Shown here piece by piece: positions 11,375-22,671 of a stretch of DNA of 64,000 nt. The notes under the pieces are model-generated. The model did no database searches, had not been told where the DNA came from, and saw nothing but the letters and a program-made list of their open reading frames with translations. The stretch spans positions 77,739,260 to 77,803,259 of the forward strand of contig NC_057719.1 of assembly GCF_004010195.1 (NCBI RefSeq), read 5' to 3'. The first letter of the stretch is position 1, and every line of letters starts with the position of its first letter. The position numbers were made by a program, and so were the translations under genes. The DNA is from Chiloscyllium plagiosum (Eukaryota).

Positions 11375-12365
11375 AGACCATAAGACATAGGAGTGGAAGT
11401 AAAGCCATTCGGCCCATCGAGTCCACTCCGCCATTTAATCATGGCTGATGGGCATTTCAACTCCACTTACCCGCATTCTCCCCATAGCCCTTAATTCCTT
11501 GTGACATCAAGAATTTATCAATCTCTGCCTTGAAGACATTTAGGGTCCCGGCCTCCACTGCACTCTGCGGCAATGAATTCCACAGGCCCACCACTCTCTG
11601 GCTGAAGAAATGTCTCCGCATTTCTGTTTTGAATTTACCCCCTCTAATTCTAAGGCTGTGTCAATGGGTCCTAGTCTCCTCGCCTAACGGAAACAATTTC
11701 CTTGCATCCACCCTTTCCAAGCCATGTATTATCTTGTAAGTTTCTATGATCTCCCCTTAATTTTCTAAACTCCAATGAATACTATCTCAGGATCCTCAGC
11801 CGTTCCTCATATGTTAGACCTACCATTCCAGGGATCATCCATGTGAATCTCCGCTGAACACACTCCAGTGCCAGTGTGTCCTTCCTGAGGTGTGGGGACC
11901 AAAACTGGACACAGTACTCCAAATGGGGCCTAACCAGAGCTTTATAAAGTCTCAGTAGCACAACGGTGCTTTTATATTCCAACCCTCTTGAGATAAATGA
12001 CAACATTGCATTTGCTTTCTTAATCATGGACGCAACCTGCATGTTTACCTTTAGAGAACCCTCGACTAGCACTCCCAGATCCCTTTGTACTTTGGCTTTA
12101 TGAATTTTCTCACCGTTTAGGAAGTAGTCCATGCTTGCATTCTTTTTTCCAAAGTGCAAGACCTTGCATTTGCTCACATTGAATTCCATCAGCCATTTCC
12201 TGGACCACTGTCCCAAACTGTCTAGATCCTTCTGCAGCCTCCCCATTTCTTCAGTACTACCTGCCTGTCCACCTAACTTCGTATCATCGGCAAACTTCGC
12301 TAGAATGCCCCCAGTCCCTTCATTCAGATCATTAATATATAACACTGAACCCTGTGGGAAACTGC
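11375..12365 (-). mobile_element. 5'-truncated CR1 LINE (second subfamily)
   Basis: ORF 11782..12345(-): LYINDL...KFADDTKLGG...WLMEFNVSKCKVLHFG...[15 protein letters not shown]. Confidence 0.92.
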
Positions 12366-12379
12366 TTGTCAGTTAACTT

Positions 12380-12780
12380 GGTCATTTGTTTTTAGTGACG
12401 TTAATTGAGAGAAAATATTGACCAAGACACCTGGAGAATGTTGCTAAAGGTGTATCTATATCTACCTAAGCAGGTAGATGGAGCCTCAGTTTAACATCTC
12501 ATCTGAAAACAGCACCTCTAACAGTGTCGCATCCACCTCAGCTTAGCTCGAGAGTGTCAATCTCAGCTGTATGCTGAAGTGTTTAGAGTAGGGATTAAAA
12601 ATTCCTGAAGAAGGGCTAATGCCCGAAACGTCGATTCTCCTGTTCCCTAGATGCTGCCTGACCTGCTGCGCTTTTCCAGCAACACATTTCCATCTCTGAT
12701 CTCCAGCATCTGCAGACCTCACTTTCTCCCCATTGAAAATTCAACCTCTGACTCAGGCAAGCATGCTGCTACTGAATTGA
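12380..12780 (-). mobile_element. Deu-domain SINE (SacSINE1/AmnSINE-related), interrupted by a short PLE-derived insert
   Basis: gcctcagtttaacatctcatctgaaaacagcacctctaacagtg matches the reverse complement of the DeuSINE core as I recall it; tRNA-like head remnant near 12745-12780. Confidence 0.55.
12605..12731 (+). mobile_element. Short PLE terminal-repeat insertion starting at an intact minimal hammerhead core
   Basis: CTGAAGA-A-GGGC(TAAT)GCCC-GAAACGTC at 12605-12632; TSD att(a/g)aaaattc at 12594-12604 and 12732-12742. Confidence 0.75.
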
Positions 12781-13409
12781 TAAATGGCACAAATCATTTC
12801 AAAGTAAGCAAAGAATCAGAGGAAAGAAATTTAATGATGATGAAATGGTACCTGTTATGTCAGGAAAATTCTCTACAATGAATTTTTGCGGTATTCTTCC
12901 AATCTGGTATGGAGGAAGGGAATTGATACGATTGATGTTAAAATGTGGAAAAAAATTAAGATTCATGCTATATTGCAGTCAGTCAACTAATTTTCTTTTA
13001 ATTATTTGAAAATTACCAACTTAGTTGAAGAGTCTAATGACCTAGAAAAGTGAGTTGTCAAGAGGGACATAGTCAACATTGGAATAATGAAAATGTGTTG
13101 ACAAAATTTGGCAGGTGGAATAAATTGTGGGGGCATGTAAACTTATCCACTTTGAAGAAATTGAAAGAGCAAATAATTGTTTAAATGAAAAGAGATTGCA
13201 GAATTCAATGATTCAGAGGGTTCTGGGCATCTGGTGTGTGAATCAGAAGTATGTGGCTATAGTAGTGATTAGGAAAGCAAGTAAATGTTGGTGTTAATTG
13301 TAAGATGAATAGAGTATAAAAATTTGGAATTTTTGCTACAGCATTTGGTGAGGCTACTTCTGGATTGCATTGTGCAGTTTTGAGCTCCCTACTGTGAAAT
13401 TATATTATT

Positions 13410-14070
13410 GGATTAAAAACATACAGCACAGAAACAGACCCTTCGGTATAGCTCAACCATGCCAAACAAGTTTTCCAAACTAAACTAGACCCATTCGTCT
13501 GCATTTGGCTCATATCCTTTTCATGTACCTATCCAAATGTATTTTAAATGTTGTAACTGTACCTGCATGTACCACTTTCTTTATATATAAACCACCCTGT
13601 GTGTGGAAAAGGCTGCCCTTCACACCTCTCTTAAATCTTGCTCCTCTCACTTGAAATTATGCTCTCAAGTTTTGGACTTGCAAATCCTGGGAGAAAGACC
13701 TTTTTCTATTCACCTTATCAATGCCCCTCATGATTTTATAAACCTCTTAGGTCTCCTCTCAACCTCCTATGCTCCAATGAAATAAGCCCTGAAGAAGGGT
13801 TACACCCTAAACATTGATTTCTCCACCTACTGATGCTGCCTGGTTTGCTGTGTTCTTCCAGCCTCCTCCTTGTCGACGTTGGATTTCAGCATCTGTAGTT
13901 TTTGTTTTGTCTCCAGTGAAATAAGTCCCAGCATAGCCAGTCTTGCCTTATAAATCAGACTCTCCTTGGGATAATATCTTTGTAAATCATTTCTGAATCC
14001 TCTTCAATTTCTAATATCTTTCCTATAGCAGGGTGACCAGAACAGGGCACAGTAGTCCATAAGTGGCCTC
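13410..14070 (-). mobile_element. Degraded CR1 3' fragment
   Basis: Reverse complement of the CR1 3' region (acagcacagaaacagacccttcgg..., atgcccctcatgattttataaacctc). Confidence 0.8.
13787..13910 (+). mobile_element. Short PLE terminal-repeat insertion with a degenerate hammerhead at its 5' end
   Basis: ccCTGAAGAAGGGTTACACCCTAAACATT followed by the gatgctgcctgg... tail; 15-bp TSD ctcca(a/g)tgaaataag at 13772-13786 and 13911-13925. Confidence 0.7.
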
Positions 14071-14556
14071 AGCATCCGTTTTGTCATCTAATGACTTCAA
14101 AATGAAACTACAGTTATAGGAGCCACCTGAAGGTTTCTTTTTTTATCATTCTTGGGCGATGGACTTTGCTGGTTAGGCTTGAATTTATTTCCCATCTCAA
14201 CTTATTCTTCAGAATGTGTGGTGAGCTAGCTGCTTGTACTGCTGGAGCACTTGGAATGCTAGATGACTGGATAAATTGAGGGTTTGGTTAAGAAAAAGAA
14301 GGCAGCATATGTCAGGTAAAGACAAGATAGAGCAAATGAATCCTTCGAGTATAAAGACAGTAGGAGTTAACTTAAGAGGGGAAAGGTGGGGGAAGAAGCA
14401 CCGTGAATTGCTACTTAAGCAAGCTAGCACAGACATGATGGGTTAAATTGTTTCAGCACAGATTATCATTTTTCTATAATTCAGTGTCTGTTAGAAGTCT
14501 TTACTTGTCCACTGTTATAATGTAGAGATTTTGTCAATATTTGGTGCAGGATAGTA

Positions 14557-14770
14557 CAGAGGAACCTCGATTATCCAAGCGAGATGTGCGGGTACTATTT
14601 CGTTCGGATAATTAATTATTCGGTTAATTGATTTTCTCCGGGGCTCGGAGTTTTCTGTGAAGTCTGCTCCCTGTTCAGGAGACTTAGCAGCACACTGTGC
14701 ATGAGCCCCTGCCCCCGCTCCCAACCCCACCCTGCCCCCAAACCCGGTCGCCTGCCCCCAACCCCGTCTG
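14557..14770 (+). mobile_element. Tc1/mariner-pogo (Tigger-like) DNA transposon end
   Basis: TA followed by CAGAGGAACCTCGATTATCC, a Tigger-style terminal inverted repeat with repeated ttcggataat motifs; the matching second TIR is not clearly found. Confidence 0.45.
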
Positions 14771-15399
14771 CATGCCACTCGACACCATTTCCACGAGGGA
14801 GTCAGTTAGCTCGATTGGCTCGGTAAGTAGAGAGTAATGCAGAATGACCGCAATAGTGCGGGTCCATTCCCTCCAGTGGTAGTTCATGCAAGGTTATGTC
14901 CTTGCCATGGCCCTTGCTTTATAGCTTGAAGGATACCTCTTCACATTTCTCTCTCCCACAGAGAGATGCCTTTAGTCGTTCATGGATAATCGCTAAATTA
15001 ATGTGCCTTATTTCCCCCTTCCTTATCCTTTTGAGCAATAGAATGCATCTTGTGGATCTTGAAACATGGTTTAAACAAAAACATTAAAAATGTTGCGACC
15101 AAAGTTGGAAGGGCTGCACCAATTCCTCTGTAGACAAATTTTACATCTGACCAGTGTAGTGATACGGCCAATTATATGATTTTAGACTAAATGCTGTTTA
15201 GCGTTAAGAACATGTCAGCCATATTTCTTTAAATAATATTAAAATCTAGTTCATTACAAATAATGTTTGTTCCACAAAAATGCAAAGATTTACACACAGT
15301 TTGAAGTATTCAAATGTGTACATGACCAGTATTCTAACATCCCAAAACTTAAAGTGCAGCAAATATGTGTAATACATAAGTGATCTTGGAATTACTACC

Positions 15400-18300
15400 T
15401 GACCCATGGGCAAACTGTCAAGGTATTGAAGTCATGGCTCAAGAATTGGTGTGAGAGAGAGAGGTTTCAGTTAGAGAACGAGTAGGTTACCAGCAGTCAA
15501 AAGAAGGGAGGAAAGCTGGTGATCAGGAAATCTCCAAAGTGCATCCCATACGAGAACAATTATTGTTCCAACATCTAAGAATAGGTGAGTAATAGTTCTG
15601 GGTAGCGTAGCCAGAAAGAAGCTGCAAAGAAGGGAGGAGAAGCCAGGGAAGAGAATAGCGGTAGGAGACTCAACATTGAGAGGTACTGACAGGCATTGGT
15701 ACAGCTGTAGGTGTGACTTCAGGATGGTGCATTTTGTCTGGTGCCTAAGGTCAAGAATATATCACTGAACAAGTGTAGGGCATTCTGAAGTGGGAAGGTG
15801 AACAGTTGAACGTTATGGTTCATATACATGTGTAGAAAAAGGGCTGAGATTCTCCAAGAATTTATGGAGCTAGATAGATTGAAAAGCAAGACCTCAAAAA
15901 TTGTAATCTCTAGGTTTGTGAGTATAGAAACAACTAGATAGAACAGATAACTGGCTGAAGAAGTGATCTGAAGGGAGGACTTGGAAATTTCTGTATTACT
16001 GGGCTCATTTTTGGGAAACAGAAAGGGATCAATCATCTGTCTGCAAGCGTACTGTATAATTAACCGTAATTGTAACAAACTGTTTTGGTTTTGGAACCCA
16101 GATAGTGGCTGTAGATGTGGAAAAACAATGAAAAAGAATGTAGGTTAATGGGAGTGTGTTTCAGTGAAAGTGAACATAACTCTGATTTAAAGAAGTTATA
16201 GAAAATGACTGCGATTGACCTGAAGTAAAAGTTCTGAATGTCATAGATTTTAAGGCTACAGATCAAGTGCTTGAATGGGATTAAAATAGATAGGCATTTG
16301 TTGACTTGTGCGGACATGATGGACTTGTTTTTTGTAAAACTAATTCTTGCTGTACGCTGTTGTAGCATTTATGGAGATATGCTTCCAAGGAGATGAAAAG
16401 GAGGAACTAATTATTTAGGGTTATCCAATTTTTCAAAATGAGGTGGTAAGAAAGGGATGGTTGTGGCAGCCTTGTTGGATTGGAATTAATACAATCATAT
16501 GAAATGATCTTGGATCGGAAAATAAATCTAAATGAGTGGAGGTAAGAAATAACAAGGGAACGTTGACACAGGTAAGATGGTTTATAGATCTAACATTCTT
16601 TAGGACAGAAACTAAATCAGTACATGTGACAATATCAGTCAAATAATCATAGGAGACTTTAACCTTATTAATAAATTTGGAAAATCACATAGGCAGACGT
16701 AGCCACAAGTAAGAAATCATCAGAGTTTAATCAAGACATTTTCCTATTGCAATGTTGTGGATCCGTACGGGCATCAAGCTATTTTGGATCTGGTAATGTG
16801 TAATAAGGCTGGTGTAATAAATGATATCCGAGTGAAACATCCCTTCTGAAACAGTAACCGTTGCATAGAATTGAGCATTCTGTTTGAGTGAGAAACTTGG
16901 GTAGGAAATGTGCTAAACATAAATAGGATTCATTTTATAGGGATGAGGACAGAATTGGCTGGAAAAGGAATCCAGGAGAAAAGATGGTTGCTGAACAATG
17001 GCAGATACTTAAGAACATGGTTAATGACTGGCAACAAAGAAATATCAAAATGAGGAAGAAGGATTCTAGAAAGGAGAGAAACAAACCGTGTCTAACCGGG
17101 GAATTGAGAATAGCATCAAATTGAAGGAAAGGAAACATACGTAGCCACAAGTAAGCTAAGAGTTGTGATAATAAATTAATGTATTGGTAATGCTTTCTTT
17201 AAAAAAAACAAAATATAGCGAGGCAGAAAGTAAACTTTGAGGGTAAACTAGCAAATAAAATAGACAGTAAATACGTCTTCAAATACATGAACAGGAAGAA
17301 GTTGAAGTGAACATTTGCCCCTTAGAAAATGAGGCTGGGGATATAATAGGGATGCCGGAAATGGCAGAGGAGTTAAATAAATACTTTGCATCAGTTTGCA
17401 CAATAAGAGGCACTAGTAGTAATACAAAAAATATTGAATAATCAATGCGTATAAAGAGGCAGAGGAATAAGTTGAGTAGCTATCACTAAAAAGGTATGAG
17501 GGAAACTAATGCGTTCAAAACCTGAAGTCCCCTGAACCTTAAATCTCATCCAAGGATAGTAAAAGTAGCAGGGATAGTGAATGTATTGTCTGTACTCTCC
17601 CAAAAATCTTTCGATTCTGGAGGTGTCCTAGAGGATTAGAAAACTATTAAAGTAACATCCTTCTTCAAAAAGAGAAGGAGACAAAATATAAGTAACTATA
17701 GTCAGTTAGCTTAGCATGTGTCATTAGGAAAATATTAAAGTTTATTATAATGGATTTAACAGCAGAGCATTTAGAAATATTGTAAACCTTTTTATGAGAG
17801 TTGCACCAATGGGACCAGGAATGTACAGGTTGATCAAGTCTTCCAGTTGATGGAGGTCCACATAATCAATGTAAATACACACACTTTGTAACATACATAG
17901 TGCAGGTTGTATACACATCATTGTGTATTTATAGCATAAGTCACAAATAATAATATAGTTTTGCCTTAAATAAAACTTAGCCAAGAGCCTTCTTGCTCAC
18001 GTCCTCAAATGCAATAATACAGAAAGTGAAGATCTTACATTTCAACTACCTGAAGCAAGTTTAGAAGATACCTGTTAAAACAAAGTTTGCTGTACGTCAT
18101 ATAGTCAAGCATGGTTTCATGAAGAGGAAATTGTGTCTGAAAAATTTATTCCGGTTTTTTAAGGTAATGGCTAGGACAGAAGGAGAGAATAGGGCTCCTC
18201 AAAAATCAACAAAGCAGCTTTTGTGTGGAGCTGCAAAAAAATGGGGGAGATACTAAATGAGTATTTTGCATCAGTGTTTACTGTGGAAAAGGATATGGAA

Positions 18301-19215
18301 GATATAGACTGTAGGGAAATAGATGGTGACATCTTGCAAAATGTCCAGATTACAGAGGAGGAAGTGCTGGATGTCTTGAAACGGGTAAATGTGGATAAAT
18401 GCCCAGCTCCTTCCTATCGGAAAGATGTCATGAAACTTGAAAGGGTTCAGAAAAGATTTACAAGGATGTTGCCAAGGTTGGAGGATTTGAGTTACAGGGA
18501 GAGGCTGAACAGGCTGGGGCTGTTTTCCCTGGAGTGTCGGAGGCTGAGGGGTGACCTTAGAGGTTTACAAAATTGAGGGGCATGGATAGGGTAAATAGAC
18601 AAAGTCTTTTCCCTGGGGTCGGGGAGTCCAGAACTGGAGGGCATAGGTATAGGGTGAGAGGAGAAAGATATAAAAGAGAACCAAGGGGCAACGTTTTCTC
18701 ACACAGGGTAGTATGGGTATGGAATAAGCTGCCAGAGGATGTGGTGGAGGCTGGTACAATTGCAACATTTTAAGAGGCATTTGGATGGGTATATGAATAG
18801 GAAGGGTTTGGAGGGATATGGGCCTGGTGCTGGCAGGTAGGACTAGATTGGGTTGGGATATCTGGTGAGTATGGATGGGTTGGACCGAAGGGTCTGTTTC
18901 CATGTTGTACATCTCTATGACTATGACAAAGGAAACCAAGCAATATTTGAATTTCTAAAATGTGTTTGGTAAGGTACTGCACAGTAGGTTACTTGATAAG
19001 GTCAGTTAGGGATAGTATATTAGAATGGTTAGTGGATTGGCTAACCAGTAGAATACAGTAGTGATAAAGAAGATATTTTCAGAATAGTAAGCTCTAACTA
19101 GTGGTGTGCCACAGGGATCAGTATTGGAAGCATAATTATTTATGGTAATGATGTTCTGTTGCAAAGTTATGGATAACACAAAACAGGTGGGTGTGCAAAT
19201 GGGGAGGATGACACA
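15400..19215 (+). mobile_element. Old, highly degraded long CR1 LINE with nested insertions
   Basis: Remnants of ORF1 esterase (gtaggagactcaacattgagaggtactgacagg), endonuclease (ggagactttaacc, ctattttggatctggta) and RT (aactatagtcagttagc, agtggtgtgccacagggatcagt). Confidence 0.65.
18165..18925 (+). mobile_element. Younger, internally deleted CR1 copy nested in the old CR1
   Basis: ORF 18223..18576 MGEILNEYFASVFTVE...VDKCP joined directly to [16 protein letters not shown]; intact 3' UTR. Confidence 0.85.
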
Positions 19216-19569
19216 AAGGGCTCAATCTTAAGATTTTTTTTGTCAGTTGCATCAATTTTGTTTTCTTGAGGTTTTAAGGCCGATGGGGTTTTCTTGCTAA
19301 ATCTTACCAAACTTGTTTTATTACCTACTTACTTTATACCCATGGCATTGCTGAACAATTTGCCACTGTTGGAATGTCCCAGAATTGACTGGCATCCCTG
19401 GCCCTGTTGCTGCCTTTTAAAGGTAATTATTCACAGGATCCGCCCTGCATGATTCCTGACATTTGCTTTAGATGTGGCAGACTAGGGAATTTTGTCACCC
19501 TGATTTGTGAACAGGACCTAGAGGCACGACTGAATGGGGTGTACACAGTTGGGATGTCTGCTTCCCCTC

Positions 19570-21260
19570 TGATCAGTACAGGGGAAACCTGCACTGCACG
19601 ATCCTACCTCCTTCCCAAGATCCACAAGCCTGACCACCCCGGCCGACCCATTGTCTTAGCCTGCTTCACCGAACTCATCTCCGCCTACTTCGATACTGTC
19701 CAATGCCCCCCTAGTCCAGGAACTCCCCATGTACATTTGGGACACCACCCACACCCTCCACCTCCTCTAAGACTTCCGTTTCCCTGGCCCCCAATGCCTC
19801 ATCTTCAGCGTGGACATCCAATCCCTCTACACCTCCATCCGCCATGACCAGGGCCGCCATGACCAGGGCCTCCAAGCCCGCAGTTTCTTCCTCTCCCGAT
19901 GCATCGGTGCCACCTCGTGCTCCCGCAAGGAGGTTGAGCAGTTCATCAACTTCACCAACACATTCCACCCAGACTTTAAATTCACCTGGACCAACTCTGA
20001 CACCTCACTCCCCTTCCTGGACCTCCCCATCTCCATTAGTGACGACCGACTTGTCACTCACATTTTCTACAAAACCACCGACTCCCACAGCTACCTGGAT
20101 TACACCTCTTTCCACCCTATCTCCTGCAAAAATGCTATCCCATATTCCCAATTCTTCCGCCTTCGCCATATCTGCTCCCAGAACACACCAGATGGCCTCC
20201 TTCTTTAAAAACCATAATTTTCCTTCTCACATGGTTGAAGATGCCCTGCATCACATCTCATCCATGTCCTGCACCTCCACCCTCAAACCCTACCCCTCCA
20301 ACCGCAACAAAGACAGAACCCCTCCGTGGTCCTCACCTTCCACCCTAGCAGCCTCCGCATAAACCACATCATCTGTTGACATTTCTGCCACCTCCAAATG
20401 GACCCCTCCAAATTTCCCTCCCTACCCCTCTTCGCTTTCCGCAAAGACCATTCCCTCAGCGACTACCTGGTCAGGTCCATGCCTCCCAACACCCCACCCC
20501 ACCCTCCTCTCCTGGCACCTTCTCCTGCCACCACAGGAATTGCAAAACCTATGCCCACAACTCCCCCCTCACCTCCATCCAAGGCCCCAAAGGAGCCTTC
20601 CACATCCGTCAAATTATCGCCTGCGCATCCACACGTCATTTATTGTATTTGTTGCTCCCGATGCAGCCTCCTTTACATTGGAAAGACTGGACGCCTTCTC
20701 ACAGAGCGCTGTAGGGAACATCTCCGGGACACCCGCATCAATCAACCCCACCGCCCCGTGGCCCAGCATTTCAACTCCTCCCACTCTGCCAAGGACATGC
20801 AGGTCATGGGCCTCCTCCACCACCACTCCCTCACCATCTGACGCCTGGAGGAAGAACACCTTATTTTCCGCCTCGGAACACTTCAACCCCAGGGCATCAA
20901 TGTGGACTTCACCAGTTTCTTCGTTTCCCCTCCCTCCACCTTACCCCTGTTCCAACCTGGCAGCTCACCACCATCCTCGTGACCTGTCCTACCTGTCCTA
21001 CCTGCCTATCTTCATTCCCGCCTATCTTCCTTCCCACCTATCCGGTTCACCCTCCTCTCCAACCTATCACCTTCATTCCCACCTCCATCCAGCTATGGTA
21101 CTCTTGGCTACCTTTTCCCAGCCCCACCCCCTTCCCATTTATCTCTCCACCCCAGAGGCTCCCTGCCTTCATTCCAATGAAGGGCCTTTGCCCAAGACCT
21201 TGATTTTCCTGCTTCTCGGATGCTGCCTGACCCGCTGTGCTTTTCCAGCACCACTCTAAT
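19570..21260 (+). mobile_element. Degraded Penelope-like element (RT + GIY-YIG endonuclease) with 3' terminal repeat
   Basis: YLLPKIHKPDHPGRPIV, MDIQSLYTSI, LPFLDL...FYKTTDSHSYLDYTSFHP...IPYSQF, and VIYCICCSRCSLLYIGKTGR...REH (GIY-YIG). Confidence 0.9.
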
Positions 21261-21829
21261 CTAGATACATTACCAAACGATGACTGCCTAATCAGTGCTG
21301 CCATCTATGTTAATTCAGCCTCCCCATCTGGAGGAATGCAGTGCAATGCAGGAACAATGTCCACACAGCCAACCTAAGTACTACCTCTCCGATACCTCAT
21401 GCTTGCTGTTTCCACTACTGTACCCATCGCCCACAAGAACCATACTTTGCCATTATCATTACTGCCTGCAACAGCTTCCTTCACTCACTGTTACCTTTCC
21501 CCAAGTTTCAATTGTGCAATCCACCATTCCTCTGTTCTGCCTGATGATGTGGTCCAGAGCAAGTTTACAAGATTGATTCCGGGGATGCAGTTCAAAATTA
21601 CCATCCACTTTCATCTCCCTTAATATCTGAATCATCTTCATTCCAGTATAAACATGTTGCCATAGGGCAGAACGGGCCAAGATGATCAGGTATCTGACAT
21701 TCTGTTTAATCCTAATATATGGAGGACTCTGACTGACAGCCCTGAAAGGCAGACTAACCGTGTTTCTGCCCCTTAACAGTTTTCCCTTCACTTAGTGTGC
21801 CAGTACTCTTCTTGACTTAAGAGTCTGCA

Positions 21830-22600
21830 GCAGCTGGTGAGGGAAACACACATTTGATCACATCCTTCCTGATCTGCCTGCTGCAGATGCATCTGTCCAT
21901 GATAGCATCAGTAGGCGTGACAACCACACAGTCCTTGTGGAGACCATGTCCTGCGTTCACATTGAGAACATGCTGCGTTGCGTTGTGCAATGTTGTATGT
22001 CACTGTATTAAATGGGATAAATTTTGAACAGATCAATGACTCAAGATTGGGCATCCATGAGGTGCTGTGGACCATCAGCAAAATCATATTCCAAAACAAT
22101 CTGCAACCTCATTGTCCAGCTCATCCCCACACTCAACCATAATCATCCAGCCAGGGGGTTGACCACGGTTCAATGGAGAGTGCAGAAGGGTGTGCTAGGA
22201 GGATCACCAAGCATTCCTAAAAGTGAGTTGTCAACCTGGTGAAGCTCCAAAACAGGACTAGTTTTGTGTCAAACAGCATTAGCAGCAAGTGATGAAGTAA
22301 GCAACCACGCATCAACAAATCAGTCTAAGCTCTGCAATCCTGCCACATCTAGTCATGGATGGTGGTGCATGATTAAACAGCTTCCTCCTCCAAGCCACTC
22401 ACCATCCTGACTTGGAAATATATTGCCATTCCTTAAATGTTGCTGGGTCAAAATCTTGGAATTCTCTCCTTTTTAAAGGCATTGTGGGTCAGCCTACAGC
22501 ATATGGACTGCAGCAGTTCAAGAAGACATCCTGCCACCACCTTCTCAATGGGCGATAAAAATGCTAGCTGGCCAACCAGCAACATTCCCAACACACAACA
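21830..22600 (+). mobile_element. Degraded non-LTR retrotransposon fragment (CR1/L2 group)
   Basis: 3' tail 'ggactgcagcagttcaagaag...ccaccaccttctca' recurs at about 28600-28780 and 31390-31570. Confidence 0.5.
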
Positions 22601-22671
22601 GAATTTTTAAAAAGTTTCTAATGCTAAAAGGACAGCTACAATTATTTGGATGTTGTGGATACTGGGTAATT

